64,000 nucleotides of DNA, taken from positions 1 through 64,000 of the forward strand of contig JABANN010000083.1 of assembly GCA_013115125.1 (NCBI GenBank). The letters run 5' to 3'. The DNA comes from Perkinsus olseni (taxonomy: Eukaryota). Position 1 is the stretch's first letter; each line of letters begins with the position of its first letter. The notes beneath the pieces are model-generated. The model searched no databases. It saw only the letters and a program-made list of their open reading frames with translations, and was not told the origin of the DNA. This document shows, piece by piece, positions 26,019 to 40,249 of the stretch. The translations under genes were made by a program, and so were the position numbers.

Positions 26019-29000
26019 TCACGACGGCAAGGGCAACGATGATGATGTTATACACGACGGAGTCCCTTCCTCCACCCTATACGGTTTCTCGGCCACCAGA
26101 CTTCTCCGCTGACCCCTGTCGTTTCTCAACGACACTCGACTCTCATACAACCCCGGCTCAGCCTCGCCGTTCCCCAACGGCATCTCGAATTCCCCATTCA
26201 TCATCATATTGGGTTCCGACGCAACTGGGCGTAGAGGCAGGTCAACTCCTCCCCTCCCCTTTCGACGATGAGCCACGGGATTTGTCAAAAACGAGCCTTC
26301 AAAATCATACAAATCGGATGCAACCTTCCGTCGTCTGAAGCTGGTCGTCGGTCCGTCATCGCCGTCTACTGAGTTCTCGGCAGCTTCCGCGCGCCACTCG
26401 GCATCCCTCTTAGCCCGGGAATCCTCATAGACCGCCAATCGAGTCTCCTGCACGCCCGGCACCACCAGCTCCTCATGCTCAACTCTGCCACTCGACCGTC
26501 CAGTATCTCGTGTAACGGCACCTGAGTTCAGCAAGCTTCGACCTTGGATACTCTCGCCGGCAGAGCTACACTCATCAATTGACATCAGCTTAGCGGAGGC
26601 CGATCGCGTCGGTTTGGATGGATTATGGCGAGGAGCCGCTCGACGATACTGCCCAATATCCGACCTCTTCACCACACCTGCGATACAATAATCTGTCCCT
26701 ATACCACTCCTCCGCGAACCTTACCCAAACCGTAGAATGCCACCTTCATAAGCCTGTTATGGTCCACGAACTTCGCCGTCATTTTCTTATGGTCCTGCAT
26801 GATCTCCTCAAAACTCATCGAGTCAATCTCGTTCTCGAAAATCTTGAAAATCGCAACCCCTACTCGGAAGAGGACCTTCCAGCCTTCCGTCTGGCAAAAC
26901 GTTCGTCACAGATACCGATAAAACGGTGAGCGAAAAATTCCGAGAAAGCCGTGCTTCTCACCATTATCGGATCCCATATCCGCAATACCGTGTCGAACGA
27001 AAAAACAGTCGAATAAGCTGTTTGGAACCATTCAACGCCTGGGAGAAAATCTTTGCGCTGCGCAAATCTTCGAGTATCTTACAAATCCAGGACATATCCT
27101 GTATTCCACACTCCTCCAAATGGCGATGAGCATTCGAAGCCTTTCGACCCGACAAGCAGTCGAACGCGTACCTGAAGGGGACCCTCCGAGACCCTTCATC
27201 ATACCGCCACCCCCGATAACGACCATGCACGATGCTATCGCTAATTTCAATACAGATTCCTAAAGATACGGCAGGGACACGCTCCGCACCGCAAAGTTTT
27301 TTTGAACGCTAACACGAACAACTCTCTGCACTAAGGAAGCATCACCAAAAGCCAATAAACCTCGGCGAGACCGGTCGATCTTCCGGATTTCTGAACACAG
27401 ACCGACTGTACCAAAACTTACATATCCGTGAGGAGAGCAACCATCCCCGGCTGGTAGTAACCGCTGTTGTGGAGACCTCGATCCGAAGTGATGAATTGGG
27501 AGAGGAACCAGAACGATACTGAAAAGAAGTGAAGTCCGTCAAGAGTTGTGGAAATGAGAGATTGCAAGTTTTTCCTCATATTTTCGCGATTTCGGTTATT
27601 TTTCGGCCAGTGCATCCGAACGACTCTACATCCCACACCGTACTGTCCATCATACCAAATTTCTAAGATTGACCAACCCGCATGGGGCGTATCTTTCATC
27701 CCTATCATAGCCCCTCTCAACCTCCATTACATTCCTCCTTCTCCCCATTGGGATCTTCCCCCGTCACCGCGCCATCAAATACGACCATCATCATCGTCGC
27801 CGCTATGAAGTTCATCCCTTGACAGTATCCTACGTCCGGATGAAACGCAGCGAACGCCCACAGAATCTGCAGGAAAAGCACTGTACTTCAAAATCGATCG
27901 CGTGATCGATTTACTCCCAATTACATTCCGCAATCTCTCCACAACAACATCTTCCTGGAATGCCGGGTGATGCGGAAAAGTACGTCGTAAGTCGACCTCA
28001 ATGACCTTGCCAATCTTAGCCGGAAGATCTTTCCTTAGAAGTGTCTCATAGAAATCACGTTCATGCCGAGATCGAACGGCTTCCACCTATGAAGCACACC
28101 GCAAACAGCGTACGAGTCCATCCAAGAGAGGTCTACTATCAATACCTGGATCCTTTCTCAGACTACAACCCACCACCACCACCACTGGGGTACACCGAGG
28201 TTGAGAGGGGATGAACCCGACCGGCAAACAAATGCATTTCCGCACAGATGAACGGCCACAATCCGCCACGCGTTTCCAACACTTCGCAAAGATAACAATC
28301 CGCACCAACTCGTTATACAAATTACGATAACTGTTTCCCACTAATTATCCACAAAACAGTCTCACTACATGAACCCGTCCTGCCTGTATTCCCTCCGAGG
28401 TTTCAACTGAGCAGTCAATAGAAACAACACTGCAGGCCGGTCAGGCAGGTCGTTGCATATATCAATGACTCGGGACCGGCCACTAGAGGGTATCCCAAAA
28501 ATTCTCATCAATTTCGGAACCAACTTTCTCGCAAGTTTTTCGGGATTTGATCATGACGTCTTAACGGTAGTTCGGAAGATGCTTAGAAATCGGTCGGTCA
28601 AGTTTCCTTCCCTTATCCGCCGTGAGCTCTCCACAGCGGCTCGCGACGCAAAATTTTTCCCAGCCTTCCTATATTGAATTGAGTTGTTATGGAACACCCC
28701 TCCCTGCTGCGCTACGAAAACTCTTCTTCCCTGAAGTTCCCTCCTTCCCTTATCACCTCCAATCTGTACTCCCACACCTCAACGCGATGCCGGTCGGGGA
28801 AGCCCTTCCGACCAAACTCCTTCAACTCCTCTGGAGGAATATCCTCAACTCTTCCATACCTGCACGCATGCGCAGGTGACATATCTTAAATTCTGTATAC
28901 TGCCAGCTCCGACCTCTTCAACGCCTTTTCAAACCGCGCCTCTCTTCGGGCTCTCTTGGCCGCAAAGAAATTCCTGAAAACGACCAACAGCTTAGCAGAT

Positions 29001-29140
29001 TCGCGAATACCTCCGCCACCACCAGACAGAAAAGACTTGGTGTTTAGCCTGAAACCAATCTCCTCTGCTCCGAAAGATTCCGGAGTATGGCCAAATAACA
29101 GCAACGCCACTGAAGCCGGCCGATAGCAAATTTTGCACAT
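26019..29140 (-). CDS. TBC-domain Rab GTPase-activating protein, multi-exon
   Basis: Exon peptides LKEFGRKGFPDRHRVEVW, IEVDLRRTFPHHPAF (Arg finger IxxDxxR) and HPDVGYCQGMNFIAA (Gln finger YxQ). Confidence 0.88.
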
Positions 29141-29859
29141 TCAAATTTGTTTAAAATTTTCTCTCTCGTTTTTACTCCGCTATCCACAGGTCACAACCGT
29201 CCGTATAACGAACAGTCGCGGGTCGAGCATCGAACCCGTCCAGCCAGCAACGGAGCCCGGCCTAGGGCCATCGAGTGCCGTACATCATTTGAAGTAGATG
29301 TACAATAGGGAACACACCCATCAACGCACAAGACACAGAATTCGTTAATCTGATCACATTCACCGAAACAAAACCGTGCAACCTAGCATGGCAAACCTCC
29401 ACCCAGAGGCATCACTGTCCACCCTCCCCCATACTACCGCTCATAATCGTTCAATCGGGCAGCCATCTGATCGTCGTACTGGAAGCCCCAACGATCCTTA
29501 TTATCAAGCTCAGCCGCGCGGACTATATCCGATACCTGGACAACCGGTTCGTATCCGCTGGCGTTCACACTGACTGGAATGCATGGAGCCAGACATGAGA
29601 ACATGGACAAGTTGAATTAGTGTGACAAAAACAAACTGAAAAACCGAGGAGATTTCTTCCCTCGGAAGAACTACTGCTGCTGTCATCTTCGAGAACACGA
29701 CTCCCGTAAATTATAAAAAAAACAACTCTGAAAATGACACATAGAATTACATACTTTGCTGCTTCGGTCCGGATTGCTCCACCGGCCGCCCTCTGTCGCC
29801 TTCGAGAACGTTGAAACTTTCGATGGCTTCCAAATCTTGCATTTCCCTAACGCACAACC

Positions 29860-32466
29860 GCCCATCGGGCGCCACAATCCACGACGCCCCCTCCCGACGC
29901 GCTTTCACCATTCACTGGAGAATCTTTGAGCCATCCCCGCCAAAAAGCCAAACCGTCCTCCCTCCAGTCCGTAAAGAGATCCCCTCCCAACTACCTCTCA
30001 ATCTCGTCCGCCTGCTCAGTCTTTGCGAGTTTCCTCAGCGCCTCACTATACATACCCAAGGCCTTGATCGTCTCCGGATGGTTCCTTCCCAAGGCTTCAG
30101 TCTGTATCGCCACACATGTCCTGATACCCATAAAAATATCCCGCCTCATCCTCACCCGATCGCTTCCACGCAAACCATTACGTTGCTCTAAGCACTTCAG
30201 AGACGACAGCGTGATCGATATCGTCACATACAGCGTACGCATGCTCACAGTTATATCCGTCTCTGTGGCCTCTTGTTGCGTCCACAGTGCGGGAACGGCA
30301 AGCGACTCACACAACATTGGTGAAGGGCATTGACCTCCTAGAAGCCCCCATCCGACTAGTACGGACACGCCGGAATCTTCCCTCCACTCGCTCGAGCATG
30401 GGTGCGTAAAGCACGCAAGTGATACGAGGCGGCCGCCCACACTCACAAGATTCTTAGAGCGTAAAAACTGGTACAAATTCAACTGAAACTTCCTCACCGT
30501 ATGATCCATCCTCAAACACTTCCTCATCCCCCCCTACTACCTCAAACTCCTCTCAGCTTCTTCCATCTTGTCCGCCATCACTTGAGTCCGGCCCAGTTGA
30601 AGATACGCAACAGCAGTATTGGGATGGACGTGGCCGAGCACCCGCTCTAGCCCATAGAACAATTCCCCCAAATCATCCGACCTCACTACACTACCAGCAT
30701 GATCGACACATTTCTTAAAAAGATTCTCTCCCTCCTCAAGTTTCTCGCCGCCTTGTGCCGCTACCGCGGAAGCCAACACCTGACGCGAAATCTCACGACA
30801 CACCAACGCCCCTCAGAACCCATCAAAGTGCGAGCCCAAAAATTCAACTCACGCGCAGATATCAGATTAATAAACACTTTCGACACATGATTGGCCCTTC
30901 CCAGGATATGCCCCTCTGTACGAAGGAGTATAATCTTACGTTCTACACGCTTTACGGCTGCACATGATACAGAATTTACGCACATAGTGATCCGAGGTCC
31001 AAGAAAGATTAACCATGAAGTTCTTTTGCCCTTGCTGGATGATTGCTCTCCCCATCCACACCACCAACCTCACATTCAAAGATATCCCGAAAACTGAGGA
31101 GTCCTCGCCGAACAGTTCCTTTCGGATATTCGCACATCTCCTCAACTTCACCTCGGCCGCCGCTAATTTACCTTCTTTCTCGAGTACCTGATTACGGGCC
31201 GTAATCATGTCGTTATTTACGACCGAATCGAATAACCACCGATGGTAAAAAAATTTGAAAATATATAAACTAAATTTAAACTTGGTTAATTTTTTATTCA
31301 GAATGAAGTACAAACGGAAACCCGCCTATTCAGCAGCGTCCCCGAGAACGTAAAGAAGTCGAAAAATACATGAAAATAAACGATACTTCAACAGAAATCC
31401 AAACTCACACAAAATCGCTCGGCGATTCTGTTGAATAACCATATGAGAGGCTTCCAGATGACTACTCAGCACGATTCATTAATCATCATTTCAGTGAACG
31501 ACCTACGGGTGGGCCCGGCCTTCAATCGGCCCGGCCCCTCTCTTCAAACCACTAAAATTACAATAACTTAATAATTAACTCAACAACTAACAAACCGCTA
31601 CGAACTAGAATCACGCAAGCATCTCAGTCCGGGTAAGGGTTTTCTATAGTCTTTTGAAGCGCTACTTCGATACACCATCATCGAACTTACTACGAATGAA
31701 AGTCTCGTACTGCACTTCCTTTACAGGCCCTCACACGTAGTCGCGAATGAATGAAAACAAAGGGAATTAGAAGAAGGCCAGAATAGAGTGAATTAACAGG
31801 CAGAAGTCTCTGGAACTGTTGGTCGAAGAATGGTATTGTTCTAAGCAGCCCTCCCGGTACCATTATTATTACTATTCCCAGCATCATCAGGCACTGTGCT
31901 GTCTCCGCGTGCTTCGGTCCGTAGCTTTCCTCTGCTACTGCCAATGCCTCACTCAGTGTACTCTCGGCCTCCGCGAGTTGGTTGTTATTGATACATCTCA
32001 GCGCCTACAGAGCAAGCCTCAGTGTCACGGTAATCATAAAACGACGCAGCTGACTCCCCTCCTGTCAGAGGAAATAAGGAGGAGTCTTGTCGACTCTAGA
32101 ACCGATTTTTCCGTGTAAGAATGAATTCTCAGGCTTAAATTCATCCGTGAAAGGAGTGGTACATAGAAGGCGACTCTGGCATTGATTTCAACGCGTAAAA
32201 TACGGAATCGACTCTGAGTTTCAAATCTTGGTTTATTCAACAGCCCCCGAGTATCATTCAATAATCATGATTCGACCCAGCTCCTGATTTTGCTGTGAAG
32301 GGAGGCCACAAATAATACTAGTATACTGAGTAACAACCGTTTTACGTGCCTCTCTGTTCTTCATAGCTTTACGATAAAACTGGTGCTGGTCTAAGAGCCA
32401 ATGCTACTGCCTCCGAGATGTCTAACCCCATACCCGTGTATAAAGCTCCTCGTTGTCTCCGCGCAT
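29860..32466 (-). CDS. Tetratricopeptide-repeat protein (kinesin-light-chain/NPHP3-type repeats), multi-exon; ends approximate
   Basis: Repeats of the type EESYGPKHAETAQCLMMLG, ERVLGHVHPNTAVAYLQLG, TEALGRNHPETIKALGMY and IRKELFGEDSS. Confidence 0.8.
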
Positions 32467-33359
32467 CGGTAATTACTTCAACAACAAGGAGGAAGGCCGT
32501 GAAAAACACAAAGCCATGAAAATGCATTTTGCACGAAATCCTTTTTTCCGAAGAGAATTGCGTTGTTGTCGTCTATTGCGACCACGTCGGTCGAATCCCG
32601 AACCCCCTTTTAATAAAGCAATTCTGAAACTCACCGCGTGTTCAGTAGGTCTCGCCCGAGTTTCAAGAACGCCCCCAGGTTCGTATTTTACACGTTAAAT
32701 TCCATCCTGAGAGCGCTTCTGCAACCCAGGAGAGGCATTCCATCGAACCCCCCCCCTCAGATGCGATTCTGGAGTTCATTTTCACTCGCAAAATATGTGG
32801 TTCCAGAATCTATTTGAGTTTCAGAATTGGTTCATTAAACGCCCCCGTACCATTTAATAGGAGCTGTGGGGTCGTCGAGTAGCGGCGGAAGAAGGCTCGA
32901 ACTTCGAGGACATCCCTAGATGAATTTTTCGTCTCACCTTGTTTACCCGTCAGCTGCTCACCTAGACGATGTAAGTGATTGAGTTTTTCTGACGGGAATC
33001 TTATCACCACTCAAAGCTAAGACAGGTTAACCTCAAGATACGTGCCGGTTTATTGTGGGATGACTATTATAAAAGGGAACATCATCCATTTACAACGTAT
33101 AATTGGTACCAACTTTTTCGCATCTCGTGGCCCTTCGAACGGCAGTTACCACCTGGGTGGTGTGAACAGGTACTGCATTTTCATTTTCTTTTGAGGTGAG
33201 TAAGAACCGAATACATGAAAGCTCTCCTTTCGGCGACTTCCACCTCCACCAGCGTTCTTCGAGCTAAGGTCCGCTAGAGATCCTCAACCCGTAGTTGAGC
33301 GCAAGTGATGCTTCGGGATGATGACAGTTCTAGTATGTCAGTTTTCTTCCCGTTTTTAC

Positions 33360-35095
33360 ATGCCTCCCCGTTCTCGGAAGAACACCCCTAAGGCAGCCCC
33401 CTCACAACCGTCGGCCAAAACGACTTCGAGAAGGCGGGCCAATAGCGTCACTAGAGGCTCCCGAAAACGCGACGTGGAACCGGTCGAGGAGCCTAAGAAG
33501 GAAGTCCCTAACGCTTCAACGAAGCTCGAAGACACGCAGCTTGGGTGGCTCGGGAGAATCATGTTGCTCGTGGCTTTGGTCGGCTTTTGGGCCTTCCTGA
33601 GGGAGAATATGATACCGATGCGGTACCGCTTGCCGAGGACTATCAGAGGCGTCAAGGAGACCACTACCACACCATGCCGAAGTGAATACGATACTCACGT
33701 GAGTGGACGGTCGGAAGAGGAGACTTCCGAGGCGTACTGGGAGTTTTTTTCAGTAGTAGTAATGGTAGTAGTGGCACTGGTCTGTATCGAAAATTCTGTC
33801 CATGCTTGAACGTTCGCTTCATTGGGTTGGGACTTCAGCCGCGGTGTGAAAAGTGCAAAGTTTGCGCTGCAATTTTTCTTTAAATAAACAGTATTCACAC
33901 TCACAACCCACGAGAAGGAATTATTACCAAGGCATCATGTCTCTGGTATCGTCTGCCCTTCATCGTCTGTTCCTCTCATAAAGTTTATTCACTTCGCATC
34001 AAATCCGCGTTATTCATCTCCTTTACGAGAAACTGTCGTTTTCCCTGAGTTACGCGCGCGAAATGCAACGTTGTATGATCGAGGAACTTTCCTCGAATCA
34101 AAACGCAGACAACAACAACAATACATAGTTGACGGGAAAAGTGGGAAATTTGGTACGTGTTTTTAACGATTTGTCGTCTGCTTGTTACGAGCTGTTTTTA
34201 GAGTACTGTGGTGTCTACTAATCGTTATTGCTATAACCATCTCTGATTTTGTTTATCGTACTGTCTCAAATGCATTCGCCCTTCAGTAGTATACTTCAAT
34301 CCTTCAGGAGCTCCAATCCTGGGTCGACGCCCATCTCGCGCCAGCCCGCCAGTACAGGTCCGCTCACCCAGTGAACGGCAAGAAGCCCGAGATGATTCTA
34401 CTACTAGGGGGCCCTGGTGCAGGAAAAGGTAGGCAAACCAATCTCGCTGCTGTTCATCATCCCGATGAGGTACGCTCCTCCGAAAGTGGCAAGAAGGTGG
34501 CGGTCCTCGAGAAGCTTTCACTCTGATCGGCCTGGATGAGTTCTTAGAATTCGTCCCGGAGTTTCACCAGTCGGCTAATGACAAGTATTTCGTCTATGAA
34601 GACGCTGCCAGCACTGAGTGCTACAAACCCGCGATAAAAGCAGCGAAAATGGCCAACAGCGCAGCGGTAGGAGAGGGCCTGAATGTGATCTACGAGGATA
34701 CTGGGAAGGACATTACTAGGCTTGTCGAGCGTGTTATCCCTCCCTATAAAAAAGCTGGCTACCGCATTACGATCGTGCTGGTCCACAATGAACCCGACAT
34801 CGCCATTCAGCGAGCCTTCATGCGTTTCCTGGGCGATGGTCGTCTCGCTGACGAAGATTATGTGAAGAAGTCTTTCCGAAATGTGGATGACAATTACTAT
34901 CTGGTACGTAACATGCCCACCATTGACGAGGCCGTCTACTGTGACAACACCTGCCGTTTCGGGAGACCCTTCATCAGCCATACTGCTGCTGGATCGGTCC
35001 CTGAGCATTGTCTGAGATGTAAGCCCGATGGAGGAGAGTCGAGAGCTGTCAAGCTACTCGAACCACTCTTGCGAATTACTGACCGTTTGCCTTGA
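33360..35095 (+). CDS. Membrane-anchored zeta-toxin-like P-loop kinase; predicted exons 33360-33698, 34308-34428, 34470-35095 (361 aa)
   Basis: Phase-consistent GT-AG splicing joins a basic N-terminus and TM helix (WLGRIMLLVALVGFWAFL) to PEMILLLGGPGAGKGT (Walker A), LIGLDEF, GLNVIYEDTG, GYRITIVLV, AIQRAFMRF...GR and AVYCDN. This motif order is typical of zeta toxin/PezT-like kinases. Confidence 0.75.
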
Positions 35096-35856
35096 GAATT
35101 CCTAATGCCGAGTTTAGTACTGGTCCGACGGGGAAGCTCCCTTTTTTTATGACCTAATTCCACCACACGACGTTGGCTGGATTCGATCGGCTGGGCTTCA
35201 GAATGGCGGGTTCGCGCGTTCGCAAGGAGGCTCTGTTGTTTTTGGTATGCAGAGTGTGCTTGCTCACTCACAGACTTCAACGCCTACGACGTCTATCCCT
35301 ATTTCCTGCAGTCGCACGAAGCTCCCTCGATGTGCATTTCGGCTGAACTGCCAACTGTTTCGGCGGCCTCACGCTTCGTAGCGCATGGTTTTTTTTAACC
35401 GGGAGGCAGAGTGCAAGTGCATTTCCCCCACGGACTCATCACCTGTGGCGTTCTGGCGGATAAGTCAGCCGTCGCGCCGACTAATAAGCGTGCTGACCGA
35501 ACGCAAGAACCTCCGGAGGTGTAATGGTAACGTTGGTATAATAATGATGATATCATTGGACACAATGTAATGGTATTAAACAATCAATTGAAAGTGAACA
35601 GGTCGGCTGACATGAATGATACATCACCCTTGAAGTCCCTCCTCGGAGATCGATCATGGTCTTCTCGAGCTCGTCGTGAATCTACCATGGGTCGACCTAA
35701 GATTCCCCAACAAATGCCCACACTCACGTCTAGATTCTGTTGCCCGCTGAGCCTCCGCGGTTCGGTACACATTTGGCAGATTCGGTGCTCGGTGTTTCAT
35801 AGTCAGCAATGACGACCCCCAAACCTAGCACGAAGGCAGTGGTCGCGCAGCATGGG

Positions 35857-38800
35857 TCAGGGAAGGGAAGGGCCTACCACTGAAGCCAGCCAATGGGAGC
35901 TCTCTCGGGGCAGTATGCTTAGCATCTCCTTCAAGAAGGCCTCGAGGATCTCCGATGACTGCAGTGAATGGCTACTTAGGTTGAAATAGCAAACCTCTCC
36001 ATGCGTCGGAGCTGGGAACATGACCATCATTATCAGCGGAGCGTTGCAGTCGAAGAACCTACCAGCATTTTGCAACGGCATCAGCTTGATCGTCACGCCA
36101 GAGGGAAGGGAGTATGTGTCAATCACAGACAGGACGAGGGGGTACCTGAGAGCTCATGGCGGCCTTCAATCGAGAGATGGGAAACTCACAAAGGGAACTG
36201 GTTGAAGAACATGATGATTGTCCAGAGCACCAGTTGAAATAGCAGCACCTGAATGGTAGTCCAGCTGAGCTCAGAGGGATTCCTTCAGCTGCTGCCACTC
36301 ACGGATAACCAGAGAAGCATGAAGCAAACGTAGAAGACGAAGACAGTCGGCAGCAGGAAGACGAACAGAGCAAGGAAGACCGCCCCCAGTAGGAGCTGTT
36401 CCAAGTCAAACGGGTGTGCATCGACGCGCTCACGAAGGATGTTGTACTTCTTCCCTGAGGGGAGGAGTGGCCGAAGGAAGCTGACGATGGAGGGCTGCAC
36501 CTCGGAAAAGAAGGAAGAGGGTGTACAGGTTGGAGGTGTTGGTATTCCAAAGGCGAGTCACTCCCACATAGACGAAAAATATGTGGAAAAAGACCACCGA
36601 TAGCAGGTCTATGATAAACGCCAACTGAAGAGACAAAGATACTCGCGAGGCAGATGAGGTGGGGCACCGACCAGAACCGAGGCACCGCAGGCTCCCAGGC
36701 AGGCCAGCACCAACGGTACCACCACTTCGAAGTTGTAGCCCGCCCCAGCAGCGGCAGACTCTGAGGCTGCGTCGAGTTGATAATCCTGAATCGAACCGTC
36801 ATAGAGTCGACAAGAGCGTGTGGCCCTACGAGGCCTCCGCTGTCTTGATAGGCAAAACAATACTTGATAAGAAGATTCCAGTAGTTCACCACAGTGAGGG
36901 AGATGGTACCTGAGAGGAAGGCGGGTGGCGTACGAAGTGGTGAAGTTACGGTATCTTAGTTGACACAGTTGTTGCATCTACGCGATATTGTTTGATTGAC
37001 CGGAATTTCGTGGCGCGCGGTCGGGACTGCTTACCAACGAACTTGGCGAGGTTCTTATTCATCTGGAAACCAGCAGGGCTGCCCATGAGCCACTCCACTA
37101 TGGACTGCAAGACATGCTCATTAAGGTAAAAGTAGGCCCGCCGCAGGGGGAGGAGAAAGTAGGAGGGCGTCGACTGGATGAAGGCCGCTAGGGTCTGACA
37201 CAAAGGCAAATGGGCGTTTAATAAGTTGATTCTGAACCGCAGAATTTTTGGACCGCAATACCCATGCAAAATCGATTGCAGAATCGATTTGAAACATGAG
37301 AATTAGTCTACGGGAGAGAACATCCGACTCACCAGTCCGACTGCTATGTCCAGTCCTATTATGGATGCTGCATGGAAGAGACGAAGGCCCTGTACTGAAC
37401 CACCTGATGAGGGCGGCAGTGAGGGGGCTGAAGGCGCAGCATCAGGTCACCATTTTGGTCCGAGAGGGGACTCTCTCGCCACTCCCGCCACAAGGCCGGC
37501 AGCTGCAGCCCTTGGCTCAGTCGATAGGTTAACTGCGTGTAGAAGCAGGAGTAGTTATACCACCTGAAATACCGGAAAGGTGGAAGCAAGACAGCTCGGT
37601 CGGGGTGAAGGGGCGAAATCAACCGCAGACCAGCGAGGCGATCGTTCTCATTCCTCCAGCGAGATCCTCAGAGTAGACGTAGGACTACCGATGCCTCGAC
37701 TTAGGTGGCTGCTTGCGTGGCCCACTACGGCTCTGACCATCTCTGGTGAGCTCGTCGCCGCCCAGGAAAAGACAGCTGGTTAGGGAGAAGGCAAGGCACC
37801 AGCATCCGCACAGCCGGGCCGGGAATGACAGACGAAGAGGCCTCTCGTGGTCTCTTCCCTCGGGGTTCATCGATCCCCGATTGATGCGCTCGATAGCACT
37901 GCTAAGCTGCGTGACTGGAGTGTACTCAGGGATCGGGGACAGGGCGTGGCCTGAAGGACTCTTCTTAGGCGATCCGAAAGAGAAAGGGAGACTCACGGAT
38001 TCTGGAAGTCCGTTGCGATCCGCTTGTCCCAGTAGTCCATTCGGGTGCCCTCCTGACCACTGGCTGCATATCATCATCATCATCAGCATCAACGTTGTAG
38101 AGCCATCGGAATAAGTCCAGTCGGCGAGTTGAGTAGGTGTATCCCAAAGCGGGTGGTGAGTAGACCAGGATGTGGATCGAGCTGCGGTGCTCACAGGCTG
38201 ATGAACCTGACGATGATGATATTATTACACTCAGCAAGAACATAGGAAAATGAAGCCACTATGCCACTAGGCCGGCGTGAGAACGACGGTCGAAGTATCA
38301 GACGATAGTAGTGATATAGTCAGCAACGGAAAGAGGATAAAATATGGGAAAAGAAGTCCATCATGCCACGTGGCGTGAGAACGGTGGAGTTACCACATTA
38401 TGACACTTATTTAGTCTGCAATGACCAAAGTGCGTAAATGGAACAGCGATAGGGGACTGAGTGCTGCGGTTGTTGCTGCTGCCCGGGCAGCATAGTGGCC
38501 TCATTGTCGTCCTACTACGGGAGAGCTTACCCGTGAGGACCCGAGGCAGGGCCACACCCTCGCAGATTCCCAGCATCAGCAAGGGAGGCTCTTCTTCTCC
38601 TTCTGGGGCTTCACTCGCTTCTTCCTCTTCATCGGGCCTCCATCGACCCAGCAAATCCAAGGTCGAGGGTGGCGGTCCACAAGTTCGCTCCTGAACCTGA
38701 CGAGGGACTGCCAGGCCTGAGGCCAGGGGAAGGGCTTACCTTGCAAATGTAGATGGTATCAGCGTCTATCCGCTCGCCGCACAGGAAGCCGGGGAGGGCC

Positions 38801-38871
38801 AGCAGGTAGGAACTCGGGAAGTACACTTGAAGGGCCTCATTGTGGACCTCAGAGGGCGGGGCCGAGGTCAT
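35857..38871 (-). CDS. PIGQ: GPI-GlcNAc transferase subunit PIG-Q/GPI1, multi-exon
   Basis: WLMGSPAGFQMNKNLAKF, LYTLFLLFRG and KKYNILRERVDAHPFDLEQLLLGAVFLALFVFLLPTVFVFY are hallmark Gpi1 motifs; N-terminal exon LQVYFPSSY. Confidence 0.88.
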
Positions 38872-39160
38872 GAGGGGGAGGGAGGACGCGGCCGAGAGGG
38901 GCTGCTAGTATTACCCTCGAAACTAAGAGGGATGAGGTTGCACCACAATGCTCGCCCTACCGAGAATGTAATCTGAGCGAGAGGAGCCCCAACCCCGAGA
39001 AGTGGCCACGCGGAGAACAGGGGTTCTACGGGGATCTCGCCCTTGGTCCATACGCCGGCTATGACACCTGCCCTGCCGTACTGAGTGTTCCCCGCTGGGA
39101 GATTGTCCTTTCCGTCTAACGAGATTGGGAAGATTCCTGAAGCCCGTCGCCTTGGTGTTG

Positions 39161-40249
39161 CTAGAATGACAGGCCTCCCTTCCCCACAAACCCAAGGCTT
39201 CGTTCGTCACTGAATTTCACAGAGTATCGGTCAATGAGCCCTGAGAGGGTTGAAGGAGACATCGCCGCACCGTCTTCATTATGTAGGGTACGATAAAGAG
39301 AGTCCCTCCAAGGGCGAGGGTACGAGGCACCACGCCCGTCCACAGTCCACGCGGTGATGTCCTCCTGATGTCTGCTATGGCAGACTTGATGGCGACATCC
39401 TTAGCTTGCTGTCGAGCCGCGACGACACTTGGTGGATGAGACAGCGGCCCCGCCACAAATGCAGCCAAGTACGCGGACAGCACCTATCAGCGGGAAATTA
39501 AGGACATCCGTCAGTTCGAGCATGCAGGTTCCTTCCGACGCGAGCGGCCCGATGCAGCGTAGCTCTGGTCGCATCCAATCAGTCGCAGTCCCTCAGAATT
39601 CGACCGACTACCGCACTACCTCGACTCCGAGATGCTCAGCACCTCCGTTCAGACGCTCCTCCAGCCGCTCTGTTATCCAATCCCGAAGGAAGAACAGACA
39701 GCCCGAGCACGGCACCTCGCGGCACATCGTCATGACCATCCCTCTCGGTAGGAGTAGCGTCCGCAGCGACATCAGTCTGACCACGCCCAGTGGAGTCGTC
39801 TTCCAGACGTGAGCCTTAGTGATGCAGCCCTCGATCTGAGAGGCCACGCAGAGGCCCCCAACGGCCCCTATGTGGAAGATATCAACTCAACCACCGACGT
39901 CTGGTCCTCACCCGCCAAGCAAGCGGCCAGCGGCCCCTTCCCTAGGAAGGCCGTGAGGCGCTCTTGTAGAATCCAGGTTGGTGCGGTACTGCAAAGGAGA
40001 GCACCTACGTCATAATTTCTGACCACGATCGAGTGCCCCTTCGGTCTACCTCCGCCACAGTACAGTCCAAAACCGGATGCCAAACCCTTCCCTTGTGGTA
40101 CCGCACTGAGGCCGGCTCCCAAACGTTTCGCTACTACCTAGCATCAACCTAAGATACTCCTCTAATGACCAGCTTACCCAAGGAGGGTAGTTGAGGACTA
40201 TGTCCATCCCGGCGCCACAAGCCACTCCTACAGCCTCGGTAGTGCTCAT
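39161..40249 (-). CDS. Mitochondrial carrier family (SLC25) protein, multi-exon
   Basis: Three-repeat carrier pattern: DIVLNYPPW; PRGMVMTMCREVP; AGPLSHPPSVVAARQQ...RGLWTGVVPRTL. Confidence 0.8.
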
